A stretch of DNA of 63,860 nucleotides from Heteronotia binoei (Eukaryota). Positions 1 to 13,400 of this stretch are shown here, in pieces. The notes beneath the pieces are model-generated. The model searched no databases. It saw only the letters and a program-made list of their open reading frames with translations, and was not told the DNA's origin. The stretch is taken from NCBI RefSeq assembly GCF_032191835.1, contig NC_083237.1:62141-126000 (forward strand). The letters are read 5' to 3'. The first letter of the stretch is position 1; every line of letters starts with the position of its first letter. The translations under genes were made by a program, and so were the position numbers.

Positions 1-654
1 AGATTCAACAAGGCAGAGCTTGCAACTTCCAGGCTGGGCCCTTTTCTTTTGACCAGAAAAGCCCCAACGTCTGCCTCTTCAGGTCTCACTGTCCACCGCT
101 GGTTAGAGAACATGTCCGCACTCACTGGATGGAAGGAGGGGACCAGCCGTGAGGTCCAGGCCCCAAGCAGCGTGAGAAGATTCTAGGTCAGGGCCACGGC
201 AGAGAGGCAAACCATCATCGGCTTAGCATGCAGAAAGTCCCCCTCCCTCGAACAGGATCCCCCATCAGTGCACAAATGACCTGAGACTCTGGAGAGAGAG
301 CAGTTCCCAGACTGACCTTGATGGACCAGAGCAGCGGGGGGGGGGGGGGGGCAGCTTCAAAGGGAGTCTCTCTCTCTCTCTTTCTTCACGTGCCAAGCCT
401 TCTGCCTGCAAGCCCAGGTGGAGGTGCCCCTGTTCTCCTCCCAAGGGGGAGGCCGGAGGAACCCCTCACAGCCCCACCCATTTGTTATTCCATTTCTGAG
501 ATGGCTCTCCCTCCCCTCATTTCAGGCTGCTGGGGGTGGTGGGGTGTGTGAGAGGAAAGTGGTCCAGCTGCCATGCAACCCCCACCCCTGCAGCTGACCC
601 CATCTTCTTCTCTCAAACACAAGAGGAGGAGGAGGGAAGAGACCAGACTTCTAC

Positions 655-1015
655 CCCACCCTTCACTCGGAGTCTCAGAGCAGCTGACGATCCCTTCCTC
701 TCCCCACAACAGACACACCCTGTGAGATAGGTGAGGCTGAGCAGAACAGCTCCTGAAGGAATAGCTCTGAGAGAGTTATGACTGACCCAAGGTCACACCA
801 GCAGCTGCATGTGGAGGAGTGAGGACTCAAACCTGGTCCTCCAAGATTAGAGTCTGTGCTTCTAACTGCTACTCCAAAGTGGATCACAAGGGCCAAGACT
901 CCAAGGAGGGGAGAGGTAGCAACAGCTCCAGGGTGCCTGCCACGCAAGAGACCTGTGGCAGGTTCCTTCCTCACTCCTCCACATGCAGCTGCTGTGAGGC
1001 CTGTGAAGATTCATA
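655..1015 (-). mobile_element. Squam3-like tRNA-derived SINE fragments
   Basis: Shares the ccccacaacagacaccctgtgagg and gtggaggagtg...aaacctggt segments with the copies at 24125 and 37712. Confidence 0.6.
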
Positions 1016-2364
1016 GCCTCCTCCCCCCCCCCCCCGGAAAGTGTGCCCCTGCCGTCTGGAGGGAAGCTCTCGGCCACAAGGACGACCACATTCCCAGCTG
1101 CACTCTGAAGGACCCCCACTCTGCCCCACAGAAAGCAAAGGGAGGAGAGGGCAGGGCCTTTTCTATCCCCCCCCCCCGACACACACACTGAATTCAAGGA
1201 AGCAATATGAATTTAAGAAATCAATAAATCAAATGTTTTATTCCACAGTTTAAAGTGGGGGGGGGGGCAGAATTCAGAAAGCAGCATTGCTGAGAAAGCA
1301 GGGCCATTGTCTGTCCTAGAAGAAAAGGCCTCCCAGAGATTCCTGCCACTTCATGGTGAGAAGGCTGCTGGGGGGGAAGAGGAGGAAACTCCAGATGGGG
1401 CCAGAGAGCTCCCCGAATTACCCCTAATCCCCAGACCACAGGAGCAAAGGGTGGCTTTGGGTGGCAGGTGTTATGGACTCCCCTCCCTCCTCACCCCAAA
1501 ATCCATCCTCCCCACTCTGCCCCCCCCCCCCCAATCTCCAGGAGTGTTCCAAGCCAGAGTTTCCAACCGTGGCTTCCTCTGCAGACATCTCCAGCTATGT
1601 CACACCTGAGCCTCAGAATCTGCCAGCCCCCTCCCCACCCTCTAAGAAGCCTCTGGGGGCCTTGGGGGGGCAGACGGCATCTCCCGCCACACTCTGGGAA
1701 GGACTCTGGCATTGCCACACTGGCCCCCACCCCACCACACATTGATTTAAATGGTAGAAACCTTTCCTGGCAAAAAAATAGGAGACAAGCTAATTGTGAT
1801 TTTTAAAACAGTGGAACACCCCCCACACACACACCAAAAACAGCCTCTTGCTCCAAGGGCAAGAAACCCAGGCCTCAAGACTTTTCTCCAGCTCCAAGAG
1901 AGGACCATCAAAGTCTCCCCAACCACCCTTTTCTCTCCATTGCCCTGAACTGAACTGAGGCCTGCCCACCCCCACCCCCAGAAGGGAGGAAGTGCCCCCC
2001 TCACGCACACACAGAGCTTCCCCTTGAGCACAGCCGATGGAGAGGGCTCCTGCCCTCCGAGAGGAAGAGGCAACACCTCCTGGGGGTCACCATCCTCTGC
2101 CCAGATTCCAGTGGGCCAGGCAGTCTTGCGGGCTCCCAGGGGTCCAGAAGGCCCAGCAGGGCCTGCTTCTTCCTTCCTGATTTGACCTTGCACTGACATC
2201 TGCCCTTGCCAGCAGCAGCAGTGTGCTCTCCTCCAGCAAGGCTGAATTCTAACTCCATCCCAGTCCTGTTTTGCTCTGGTGGAAGAATCTAGCCTCCCCC
2301 CCCCCCACTGCTGGCCCAGAGAGCCAGAGGAGAAAGAAAGGCCCATCTGGAGCCAGAGACTCAC

Positions 2365-2540
2365 CTGCATCTTGGAAGCCCATGTCTTGCCCGTGTCAGG
2401 CCCTCACCAGGCAAGAGGTGGCCCTGCGCAGGGTCAGGAGGCGCTGCTGGGTGGGCAGGCCAGGCCGTGAAATGCCCACCTCCACCTCTGGATTGTTGCT
2501 CTGGTTCCCCAACCCATTGCCTGTCACATCTGGAAGATAC
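2365..2540 (-). pseudogene. GPC2: Glypican (GPC2-like) penultimate exon with in-frame stop; probable relic
   Basis: Minus strand reads YLPDVTGNGLGNQSNNPEVEVGISRPGLPTQQRLLTLRRATSCLVRA*HGQDMGFQDA|GTGAG, matching the glypican exon YLPxVxGxGLxNQxNNPEVxV...DxxxQDA. TGA at 2396-2398. The expected CAG|G acceptor reads CAA|G. The GPC2 assignment rests on GAL3ST4 synteny. Confidence 0.7.
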
Positions 2541-3239
2541 TTGAGTCACCAAGAGACAAACGGCAGTCAAACATCGGAGGGGGGGGGGAGGGGGCAATAT
2601 GGATCCAAAGACAAACCTGATTCACCCTTTGTGGAAATTTACAGTCCTAGAATCCTAGTGGGAAGCGACCTCCAGGGTCATCTAGTCCCACCCCCTGTAC
2701 AATGCAGGGAACTCACAAACCCCTCCCCCTAATCTGTGGCTCCCCCACCTGTGGCTCACTGACAGACTGATCTTTTCTAGGGAAAGGAGAGGAAGACATG
2801 CTGGCACTTGGACTCAAGCATCTGCTGCTAGCTCCTTGTTGAATGGCATCCAACCTGACGTCTCACATTCAAAGATCTCTTTTTTAAAAATGACCAAAAG
2901 CACCCTTTTCTTTACCTAAGTATTGATTCCTTCCCCATCCCCAGGCTATGAGAAGTAATGCTGTGCTCTCAAGAGACAAATTTCAGCAGCCCAGAGCCCC
3001 ACTCTCTCAGAGCAGCTCTGGAAAAATTCTAAAATCAGAGATGCTTCTCATGAAAGACACACTTGCGTTCTTTGGACTAAGTCGGTTCATGTTATTGTTT
3101 TTTAAATACCCACAGTGACTATGTTTGGTCTACACTCAGTATAAACAAGTTTTATTAAGTTTTAACAGGGAAGATTAGGGAATTGAGGGAAGGATCAGGG
3201 ATAAGGTACAGAAAATAAAAGAGTAGATTACATTTATTA

Positions 3240-4680
3240 CTACATCAAGAAAGAAAGAAAAGTATAATTCATTATACCTGCAAGTATCCAAAAGTAGTAC
3301 ATATTACTTTTAAAGTCTAAAACTTTTTGATATACTATAAAATCCTACTATTTAGTGGGAAATTCCAGATTTTTATCTGTCATATCTGTGTTCATACAAA
3401 ACCACATATATATATTTTTAATCTACACCAAACAACAAAGGAAGAAGAAAAAGAAAAGAGAGAAAGTTCAAATTCTGGTCTTCAATACTATCTTATTAGG
3501 CAAGCAGCTGCATATTGGCAATATTTCTCTTATCTAAGTTACAAAGGAGTCTCAAGGTTAACAAAACTAAAACTAGCTTCTCATTAATCATGAAAGGCCT
3601 TTGAATTAAATGGGTACAGTTATAATGTGCATGTCTTATTAGCAAATGTTGATAACTTTAGTGACCTATTTGAAAAGCTAGCTCTATTTAACAAGCAAAA
3701 AGGATAGATTTTCTATGACCTATTTGAAAAGCTAGCTCTATTTAACAAGCAAAAAGGATAGATTTTCTAAGAGAGAAAAAATAAACAAGGGAGAAGAGTT
3801 TTTACATCACTCATCTCCCTAATTGTTCCCAGAACTTCACACTAAACTGAGAAAAGAACCCTTGATCTATAAGGATAATTCATCTCACTTCCATCAAGCT
3901 GCACTCCTAACTTTTATGGAATACAAAAGAAAAAAGAAAGAAAGAAAAAGCTCTCAGTGGATTATTTCATTAGCAGACATCTCAATACCTAAGGATAAAC
4001 GATAGGAGCCCTCCTCATCTACCATTCTAAAAAAGAGCAGAAATAATCAAGGAACGGACACAGCTCCTTTATATTCCCTTTCATATGCCTACTTATGTGT
4101 GTGTGTGCATACCTATATATGTATGTATGTAATTCTAACTACAATTGTTCAAATTCTAATTAAACAGCTTAACTTTTTAGGCTTATTTTAGCATGTATTT
4201 AAATGTTAAGAGATTTTGCAAACTGTTAAAGTCATTAAAAACCTTCATTTTTAACAATAATTTTTTAAACTTCATTATGGTTTTGGATTTGCAAAAACTC
4301 ACAGCAAGGCAAAACAAACTACCCATTCCGTTTAAAAAATAAAATATTAAATAGTCCTGCTTTAGATTTGAAGAATCCCTCAAAAAAACCCCAGCAGTTT
4401 CAAATTAAATCCCAAAATATTATGCCCATTAAAAAATGATCTTATAGTCTCTCCCTTTTAATTCATATAAAATGTAAATCCCCTAATTAAAAAATCAGAA
4501 TATCCATTCAAGATATTACGTCAGACCCATAGTATCAATCAAAAGATTATAATTTCTTCTTCTTCTTCTTCAAATTTTTCCAAGATCTAATCATTGTTGG
4601 ACTTGTCATGAGACTGCAGATTTTCCCCCTTCATTGCTAAACATTTTTACAAAGAGCTTTGGAGCCGGGTTGAAGTTACT
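3240..4680 (-). mobile_element. Degenerate AT-rich L1/Tx1-like LINE remnant
   Basis: Abrupt AT-rich block with stop-riddled, ORF2-like translation on the minus strand. Contains an internal ~53-bp tandem duplication at 3662-3770. Confidence 0.45.
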
Positions 4681-5248
4681 CCCCCTTCCTTTGTCTCAGT
4701 GAACTGTAGGATCCTTTCCTCTTGCATATTTGTTACCAGTGGGCACAGTTAGTGCCATGCAAAATGGCAATTGTCGCAGTGAGGCTTCAGCATAGACAAA
4801 GAACCAGGCTTCCGTGGGAATGTTGCATCCCATGCTATCAGGGCTCCCTCTCCAGGGGTCCCTTCGGGTATCTGAATGTCCAGACACCCCTCAATCTGCT
4901 CAATTTGGGGAGTTCACAAGAGGTGCAAATCCCCCGCCTTGCTGAGCCAAAGCCGGAACAGGAACTCTGTTTGGTCTACACTCAAAAGGAAGTAAAGTTA
5001 ACAAGAAATGTGTCCCTTGACAAAAATGTGTGGTCAGTGCCCATCCATGGCCATGCCCATTTCCAGGCAGATGTTTGTGTCCATCTCTAGCCGCGGCAGC
5101 AGCGACAACAGCGTTACTGGGGGAGGGGGAGCAGAGCAGTCTCCCAACTCTGCCCTCTGCTGGTCCTGCTTCTGTGTCTTCCCCTCACTTTGCTGTGATC
5201 GTTCCCAAACCTGGCTCAGAGGCTTCAATTGTAAGTAAGTAAATAAAT

Positions 5249-5435
5249 CAGGAGTCCTGTGGTGCAGAGTGGTAAAGCTGCAGTCTGAGCTCTGCTCATG
5301 ACTTGAGTTCGATCCCGGCAGAAGCTGGGTTCAGGTAGCCAGCTCAGGGCCGACTCAGCCTTCAAACGTCGTGATGCGATGTCACCCCAGTCGGAAATGA
5401 CTGGTGCTTGCACAAGGGACTACCTTTACCTTTAA
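5249..5435 (+). mobile_element. Sauria-type SINE
   Basis: tRNA-like head (gtggtgcagagtggtaaagctgcag...gagttcgatccc) and ACCTTT-repeat tail (tacctttaccttta). Confidence 0.65.
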
Positions 5436-6799
5436 ATAAATCACCTTTGGACACGCTGCAGGCAGGAAAGCATTTATGCATTTAATCAGATTTGTATCCC
5501 ACCCTCCCCTTACGGGCTTAGGGCGGCTAACAACATATTAAAACAACAATTCAGCTTTAAAACAAGACAATATAATAAAGCAACAATTTACAAAACTATA
5601 AGCTAATCATCCAAGATGTGTTTACCATCGCTGCAGGAGGCATTTCAGCAGCTTTTATCCAAGCCAATGTCATTTCCCCCCACTCCCCCAATGGCTGCCA
5701 TTTCCTCAACTCACCAGGAGGCTTTTCAAAGGAAATGGCATCATTGTGTCACAGTCTTAGCGTGGTCTACTGCCATGATCTACTGGTTTCCAGCTTTGAG
5801 GGGTTTTTAAAACAGGCCAGGCAGGCCCGGAGCCAGAAAATTTTAGATGGGGGGGGCCCAGGAGATAAAATTTTAGGTGGAGGGGCTGTGGGGCCCAAAA
5901 TGACATCACAAATATCACATTCCTTCCAAGGGCAGGGGCCCTTTCTCGCCGCCACCCCTCCCATGAGCGGGCTCAGGTGGTGGGCCTTAAGTGTCTGCTG
6001 AGAACACAGGGGGCCTACTTCCGAGTAAGCCAAGTCATCACCTCAGCCTCTACGGCTCCCCCTCAGTTTCATCAGCCGGGGAGGACTTTTGTCTAAGGCG
6101 GAGCTGCAGCTTTGGGGGAAACAAAGATGCTGAGGCTAAAGAAGAGCCCAGCCACAGCTGCGTCCACCAGGCAGCAGTGGCGACTTCCTTTCAGGCCATC
6201 CACCTTGGCGCAGCAAAGCAGAAGAGGCGATGGTGACGGGACCAGAGCGAGGTGCCCAAGGCTGCACCCGCTGATATTCAGGGTGGCCCGCAAAGCCCAC
6301 TGGCTGTGGGAAGTTTAAGAATCCAGGGGCCGCCTGCTCCCACTGCCCACCCTGCATGGTAGAGCCCCGTTCCAGCTGTGCTTCTGCTGCAGAATGCCAC
6401 TCCTGCTGCTGCTGCTGGAAAGGTGGGGAGTGCCAGCTCTGTCCAACTCTTCCTGGAGCCAAGCACTGGACTCTGCCCTCTGGCCCCTCCCAGGCCCCAC
6501 TGTAGCTACAGGCCTGCTCCTCATACCTCTGAGGTCATGGAAGTCTGCCCTGTAGGGCGAGCGTCAGCAACAGGGATGCTGCTGGGGACAGGGGAAGAGG
6601 GGTGCAGGGGCCTCCCTGTCAGTTTGCTGCTGCTGCTGACATCATTGGCTCGAGGGCACAGGCAGGCAGCCCCTGCTGCCAATCCCCGCTCCCCCGGGCA
6701 CCATGCTGAGACACGGTGCTCGCCACCCCCTCCTTCCCTTCCCTTCCCTTCCTGTCCCGTCCCGTCCCATCACCTCCACCCCACCACCACACTATCATG

Positions 6800-8270
6800 G
6801 TGCAGCACACTGTGATTGCGCCAGGGGAGGGGGGAGATGAAGGGACAGGGAGGTAAGGGAAGGAGGGGGCGGGTGGCGTGTGGGTGGAGGAGGAGGCAGA
6901 CAGAGGAGGGATGGGTGGTGCATGGGTGGAGGAGGAGGCAGGCATGCCACGCGGTGCAGGGGGGAGGCGAAGGGATGGGAAGGGAAGGAGGGGGGCGGGT
7001 GACATGTGGGTGGAGCAGGAGGCAGACAGAGGAGGGGTGGGTGGTGCACAGGTGGAGGATGAGGCAGGCACGCCACGTGGTGCAGGGGGAGGCGAAGAGA
7101 TGGGAAGGGAAGGAGGGGGGGTGACACGTGGCCAGAGGAGGAGGCAGGCACGCCACGCGGTGAAGGGGGGAGGCGGAGGGAAGGGAAGGGAAGGAGGGGG
7201 CGGGTGGCGGGTGGGTGGAGGAGGAGGCAGACAGAGGAGGGGTGGGTGGTGCATGGGTGGAGGAGGAGGCAGGCATGCCCACGCGGTGCAGGGGGAGGCG
7301 AAGGGATGGGAAGGGAAGGAGGGGGCGGGTGACGTGTGGGTGGAGCAGGAGGCAGACAGAGGAGGGGTGGGTGGTGCACAGGTGGAGGATGAGGCAGGCA
7401 CGCCACGTGGTGCAGGGGGAGGCGAAGAGACAGGAGGGAAGGGGGGGGTGACGCGTGGCCAGAGGAGGAGGCAGGCACGCCACGCGGTGAAGGGGGGAGG
7501 CGGAGGGAAGGGAAGGAGGGGGCAGGTGACGCGTGGGCGGAGGAGGAGGCAGGCACACCACGCGGTGCAGGGGGGAGGCGAAGGGATGGGAAGGAAAGGA
7601 AAGGAGGGGGCGGGTGACACGTGGCCGGAGGAGGCAGGCACACCACGTGGTGCAGGGGGGACAGGAAGGGACGGGAAGGGAAGGAGGGGGCGGGTGATGT
7701 GTGGCCAGAGGAGGCAGGCATGCCACGCGGTGCAGGGGGGAGGCTAAGGGATGGGAAGGGAAGGAGGGGGCGGGTGACACGTGGCCGGAGGAGGCAGGCA
7801 CGCCACGCGGAGCAGGGGGGAGGCAAAGGGATGGGAAGGGAAGGAGGGGCGGGTGACACATGGCCGTAGTAGGCACTCACGCCACACAGAGCAGTGGGGA
7901 GGCAAAGGGATGGGAAGGGAAGGAGGGGGCGGGTGACACGTGGCCAGAGGAGGAGGCAGGCACGACATGTGGTGCAGGGGGGAGGCGAAGGGACGGGAAA
8001 GAGGGGGCAGTGACGCGTGGGTGGAGGAAGAGGCAGGCACGCCACGCGGTGCAGGGGGGAGGCAAAGGGACGGGAAGAGGAGGGGGCGGGTGACGCGTGG
8101 GCCGAAGAAGGAGGCAGGCATGACACGTGGTGCAGGAGGGAGGCGAAGGGACGGGAAGGAAAGGAGGGGCAGGTGGCGCATGGCCGGAGGAGGAGGCAGG
8201 CACGCTACGCAGTGTAGGGGGGAGGCAAAGTGACAGGAAGGGAAAGGAGGGGTGGGTGCGCGGGCAGTGG
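6800..8270. repeat. Purine-rich ~60-bp minisatellite
   Basis: Repeated gcgggtgacacgtggccggaggaggcaggcacgccacgcggtgcaggggggaggcgaagggatgggaagggaaggaggggg-type units. Explains the long Pro-rich and Gly-rich pseudo-ORFs here. Confidence 0.9.
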
Positions 8271-8439
8271 AGGCAGGCAAACTAGGCACCCCCACCCTCT
8301 TGGCGCCCTAGACTATTGCCCAGTTTGCCTAGTGGGTGAGCCAGCCTTGGTTGCTGAGCAGTAAGTAGACTTGGCTGTCTTGCTGGCTTCACCTCCCTTG
8401 GGTGCTGGAACGTGCCGCATCTGCTCCAATCTTCAGTCA

Positions 8440-8870
8440 GAGATCCCATCTGAGGAATCTACAACAAAGCTTTTTGGAACTGAAGTATCCACCTGATGAA
8501 GTCAGGAAACAGATTAACAAAGCCAGAACGGTATCCACAGAAAACCTGTTTCAAGACAGGCCCTAAAGAGACAATAACAGAACACCACTCGTGATCACAG
8601 ACAGCTCTCAACTCTAAACACCTCAATTCATCATCAGCAACTTACAACCTGTACTGAATAATGACAGTTCTCTTTCACAAGGACTGGGAGGCAAACCTTT
8701 TCTGGCACACAGGCAGGCCCCCCCCCCCAGTCTCAAACAGCTCCTCACCCACAACAATGCAACATTCAGTTGGAAGAGGGACACTGTTACAGAGTGTGCA
8801 GCAAACCCAGATGCCAACTTTGCTGCCGCAGACACCCAGACAACATTAATGCGGCATTACTCCAATGTAC
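8440..8870 (+). mobile_element. Penelope-like element fragment (RT C-terminus to GIY-YIG linker)
   Basis: Translation LQQSFLELKYPPDEVRKQINKAR...DNNRTPLVIT...LQPVLNNDSSLSQGLGGKPFLAHRQ and CSKPRCQLC matches reptile Penelope ORFs; contains stops and a frameshift. Confidence 0.75.
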
Positions 8871-10299
8871 CTTCAGTAACCCAAACAGAACGAATTTTCA
8901 GAAGGCTAATATATACACACTAATAAATTTCAAGACCTTACAGATAAACTTTATTAGACTCCAAGTTTCTTCTCTGGACAGAAAGTTTGGCCACTCCTGC
9001 TCTGGCACAATTGATCTTCCACCCAGCAACTGTGCTGCAAAACAGTCTCAAACCATAACAGGCCTGAGGCCAGCCAGAAAATGGTTTGAGGCTGAATGAC
9101 TCATCTAATACTGTGGCCTGCAGCCACAGTGGGGGCATTTCATGGCCGTGCTCCCCAACTCTCCCTCCATGCCCCACAACCTTTTCTTTTCTTTTTGCTG
9201 ACAATTGGGATCTCTTAAGCCTTGGCGGGGAGGGCGGGGTATAAATCGAATTAAACATAAACATTTTTATAAAGCCACTCAGTTCTACGCTCACAAGAAA
9301 CCCTGCTATGGATGCTTTCATGTCCAGTCATAGCCTTGAACTAGAGTGGACTGAGAAGGGTAATGGGATGATAACCAGGTTCTGGGATGGTAGCATCTTT
9401 GTGATAAACCAGAAACAGTTTTGTGTAATAAACAGCTTCTGTGTTGGTAAGCATTTTTGCAATAAACTTGAAATAGTTAAATAACTTTGTCTGGTTATTG
9501 TTCTTGTCTTTATTATAACTTATAAGTGTGCAAACTGTTTTTATAAGCGTGATGCCTCTCGCTACCCGGCCTGCAAGTAATCCAGAAGCCGCGGGGGGAG
9601 GGGGTTGGATCAACTCATTTGGCTGCCCCTCCAGCATGAAAAGAGCAGGCTGCCTGCAGGAGTGGGGGAGAAGCATGTGCCCCCCTCCCGCCCCCAGCAT
9701 GGGAATCTCCTGCAGCCATCGCTGGAGAATGTGCCCACGGAGTAGAAACCTCAGGTGGGTAACTGACGCTTGCAAGCTCATGAAGTATTTTGTTTGCTTT
9801 GTGAAGATTCCCGTGCGAGACAAATTATAGCCTCCAGTTGCCAGTGGCTTCGCGGTGAAGCGTCTCTTTCCAGCCAAATGAGGCATTTCTGTACAGAACA
9901 GACCAGCCGCTGCTATTTTGGGTGACCACGAGCTCCATCAGCAAAACTGAGCAGAGCGGGGGTGGGGTGGGGGTGCCATTTCCCACGTGGTGCTGAGGCG
10001 GAGGGGGCAGTGCCGGCGACCACTCGTGGCCAAGGACCCCGGCTTCTTGCTGGAGGGAGGAGGGGGGCTGTCTAATCCCTTTTCAAAAACAGGAGGAGAA
10101 CTCTGGCTCTCTTTGCACACGACTGAAGCTTGGTGTGGAGAAAGAATGAACTGGGAGGGACTCCCCGGAAAATGCAGCCCAGGTGTGTGTGTGGGGGGGG
10201 GGGGACTGGGCTCCACCTTCCACTCCCAACAGCTGCGGCCCTTTGAGCTCACTGCTCCTCTCCCTAAGCCCGGCGCCAGTCGAAGGCGGCGTCACAACT

Positions 10300-13200
10300 G
10301 CCAGGTAACGAGCACTGGGGAGGCTAGATGGGCCAACCGCTCCCTCCTCCCCATCCCGTCCAGAGACCAGCCCGGCTCCCCCGGCGGCGGCATCCCGCGG
10401 ACTGAAGGCATAGACGCGTCGGAACTTTCTCTCCTCCCCCCCCCCCCCCCGCGCCCGTGCTTTCCTGCGCTCTTCTTCAGCACATCAGCCCTCCACAGGA
10501 CAACCTGGCAACCGCTACCTGGGACACCCGTAATCTCCGCAGCCCCCGCCTGAACCGAGACTAAGTCTTGCCGGTGGAGACCCCCCCCCCCAACACACAC
10601 ACAGTGCATCGCCTTCCCCCCCCCCTCTTCTTGCCTCTCCAGGCACCTTTGGGTATCTCCTTTGCCCTTGGCCCCAAGAAGCCCGCCTCCTCCCCATCCC
10701 CGGGGGGCTCTGCACCGCAGCCCGCTCTTGCCCCACTGTGTGTGGGGGAGGAGGTCTCCCGATCCCACCCAAGTCCTGACCCTGCTGAGATCAAGCCCCC
10801 CCCCCCTCGGGCTGTTTGGGCGGAGAAGTTACTTTGGGAAACTGACCTCAAAAGCCTGGGGGGGTGATGGGGTGGGGGGCACAGATGGCAGATTCCTGCC
10901 CGCCCCTCCTGCTGGAGACCCTCCCCCTCGAGAAACGGAAGGTGGGTCAGCGCAGGTCACATCTGCCCCCCCCCCCCGCGTAGCCTCGGGTTACCAGACT
11001 CCCCCCCCCCCGGCGGCGCTTTCATCCTTGGGGTGGGGTTAGCTGAGAACAAGCATATGACCCCTTGCAGCGCGTGATGGGCCCCCTCGCAGGAAACCCC
11101 CTGCTCTCATCCTGCCCATTGTGGAGTGCCAGGCCAGTCCGGAGGGGGCGCCGTCCCCCTCCTCGCCAGCATTTGAATGGGATTCCGCGTCTGCCGGGCG
11201 AGGGGGAGGGAGGGAGCGCCCTCCCTCCCCCTCCCTCCGCGGGATCCCGTTTCCAGGACAAAGGGCCCCCTTGTGTTCCCAGGACAGCTCCCTGGGCCGA
11301 GCCGCAGCCGAGGCCCCAAGGAGGGGGGGCGCACAGCAGGGTCCTCCTGGGGGGGGGGCGGCCAGGCGCCTTTCCGTAGCTGCTTCAGTGCGGGGGGGGG
11401 GACCGTTCCCGCCGCTGTCCCAGCAGCCTCCTCCGGACCTGTTGCTGCCTGCCGGCAGAGTACGGAAAAGCTGCATGTGGAATGCCCCCCGCCACGCCCC
11501 CCCATGCCTGCCTTCCCCCCTCCCCCCCACACACCGGGCCCCCGGGAGCCGCAGGCTCAACTCCCCTTCGCGGCTCAGCCCCCTGCCCCGAAGCACCGCC
11601 CCCCCCCCAGCAGCCGGTGGCCGGGGGCAGCCCTTCCCCCGAGGCTGGGCGAATAGCTCCCTCTCTTTCCCGGCAAGGCTCCGCCGGGCCAGTGTAAGCC
11701 GCCTCCGTCCCACAGAGAGCGCCGCCAGCGGGCCGCCTGAGCCACAACAGGGGCGGCGGGTGAGACGAGGGTCTTTTGCAGACGTCCACCACGGCTGCTC
11801 CCCCCCAGCCCCCCCGACTAGAAGTTTGGCCTCCGGGGAGAGAGGAAAGGCCGCGTCTGGCAGGACTCGCAGCTCCCCCCCTCTCCAACTGCGTCTCTCT
11901 GTGTGTGTGTGGGGGGGGGGGGGTCTGCCCAGCGCAGGCGTTCTTCTCCCGGCACTTGGCGGCATATGGGGGGGGGGAGGCTGGCTGGAGCGGGGGGGGG
12001 CAACAAGGACAAGGCGGGGGGGGGGAGAGGGAGGAGAACGCGGCGGCCAGGCGCGGGGGGGGGGGGAGGGAAGAGACGAGAGCCAAAAGTTGGGCGAAGA
12101 AGCAGCCGAGGGGCGGGCTGAGGGGAGGGGCGGGAAACTTGGAGCAAAGGAGGGAGCGGGCGGCGGGCGGGGAAACAAAGGGGGAGGAAGGGGAGGGGGC
12201 TGCTGCCGGCTCCCCCCAGCAAGACGCTGCTGCTGCTGGCCCGGTGTTAACTGAGCCCTTCCCAAGTAAGCCCCCCCCCCCCCTCTGAGTTCTCTTCCCT
12301 CCTCGAAGGGTCGGGCAGGGCCGGGACCCTCGGGCCGCTTTCTCTCGCCTCCCCTGGCTTCTTTGCACCAGCCCTCCCTCCCCGCCCCCCCCCCAAGGAA
12401 ACCCGGGAGGGGCGGCAGCTCGCGCCAAGTTCAGGCCGGGGATGGAGGGATGGAGCCGGCCAAGGCACTGGGCCCGCAAAGGCCTGGGGGGAGGGAGAGG
12501 AGAGAGCCGCCCGCTGCACTCCTTGTAGCCAACAGACAGCTGGGCTGCAGCTGCGAGCGCCCGGCCCAGGCAGGAAGGCGCCGGTGGCGCTGCAGGCGGC
12601 ACTCCCTGCCCCCCCCTTTCCCCAACCGGGACTCCTTGCCAACCCTGCCCCCCCCCCCCCGCGGCTGGTTCCTTGATCCGAAGCCCAACCGGGCAGGGGC
12701 TTCCTCCTCAGGTTGGCCCTGCCGCCCCCTACCTGCCCTGCTGAACTTGGGGTCCTCCTCTCCACAGGCCAGACCCCCCACCGGCGCCCTCCCCTCTGGG
12801 CTAGGTGCTGCCAGGAGGGCGGGAAGGACCCTCCGTGCCGTGCCAGGCCAGGCCAGGCTGCTGGGCGCTTCCACCGCCGAGGACTCCCCCGGGGTAAGTC
12901 AGTGCCCCCTCTCCCTCTCCCTCTCCTGAAGGACCCGCGTTGCCCCTTGCCCAGCCAGGCCTTAGGGGCCCTCTAGGAATTCACCAGGAGCCCAGCCTGC
13001 AGCCCCCACGTTTCAGCTGCCTGGGGCGGAGATTGGGGGGTCCCCGAGGGGGCGGGGAGCTCGGAGGGAGCGGGGCCTCCTTCCCCATAGCCTGGACTCT
13101 CTTGAGCCCTGGGTTCCCTGCCTCCCGCTCTCCACCTGTTTCCGGCTTCTTCCCTTGTGTACAGAGGGAGCCGTGACAGGTGTGGGGCAGGCTGTTTGAA

Positions 13201-13400
13201 CTGGTCCTGGGTTCCAGGATCCATTCCCCTGGCGGGTGGGCCGTCTCCTCTGGGGCTCCAGGAGGCAGCTGCCCAGGCGGCGCTCCCAGTTCTCCCAGTG
13301 GCCAGAGCGGGGCTGGCGGGAGCGGGGGGGGGGGCGCTGGGTTCCAGCCTAGCCTTCCCTTCGGGTGGGAGGCCTCCTCTCCGGCGTCTCAGGAGCTGAG
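10300..13400. promoter_or_regulatory. Large CpG island, probable GAL3ST4 promoter and 5' non-coding exons
   Basis: Very high GC and CpG density upstream of the GAL3ST4 coding exons. Candidate plus-strand donors near 12266 and 12894. Confidence 0.55.

Noticed and set aside
3121-4985. Repeated tgtttggtctacactca at ~3122 and ~4968 as possible LTR ends
   Set aside because: Similarity is only ~17 bp, with no second matching terminus or TSD identified.
6619-8295. Long Pro-rich and Gly-rich ORFs (340-443 aa)
   Set aside because: Translations of a minisatellite, open in several frames on both strands, with no domain.
10290-10560. Faint GPC2 exon 1/2-like words on the minus strand (EKVPTRLC, RRVYAFS...LVSG)
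   Set aside because: They fall in different frames, lack a donor site and are within chance expectation.
11039-12602. ~400-aa ORFs in the CpG island
   Set aside because: Stop-poor GC-rich sequence with low-complexity translations, no recognisable family and no coherent splice structure.
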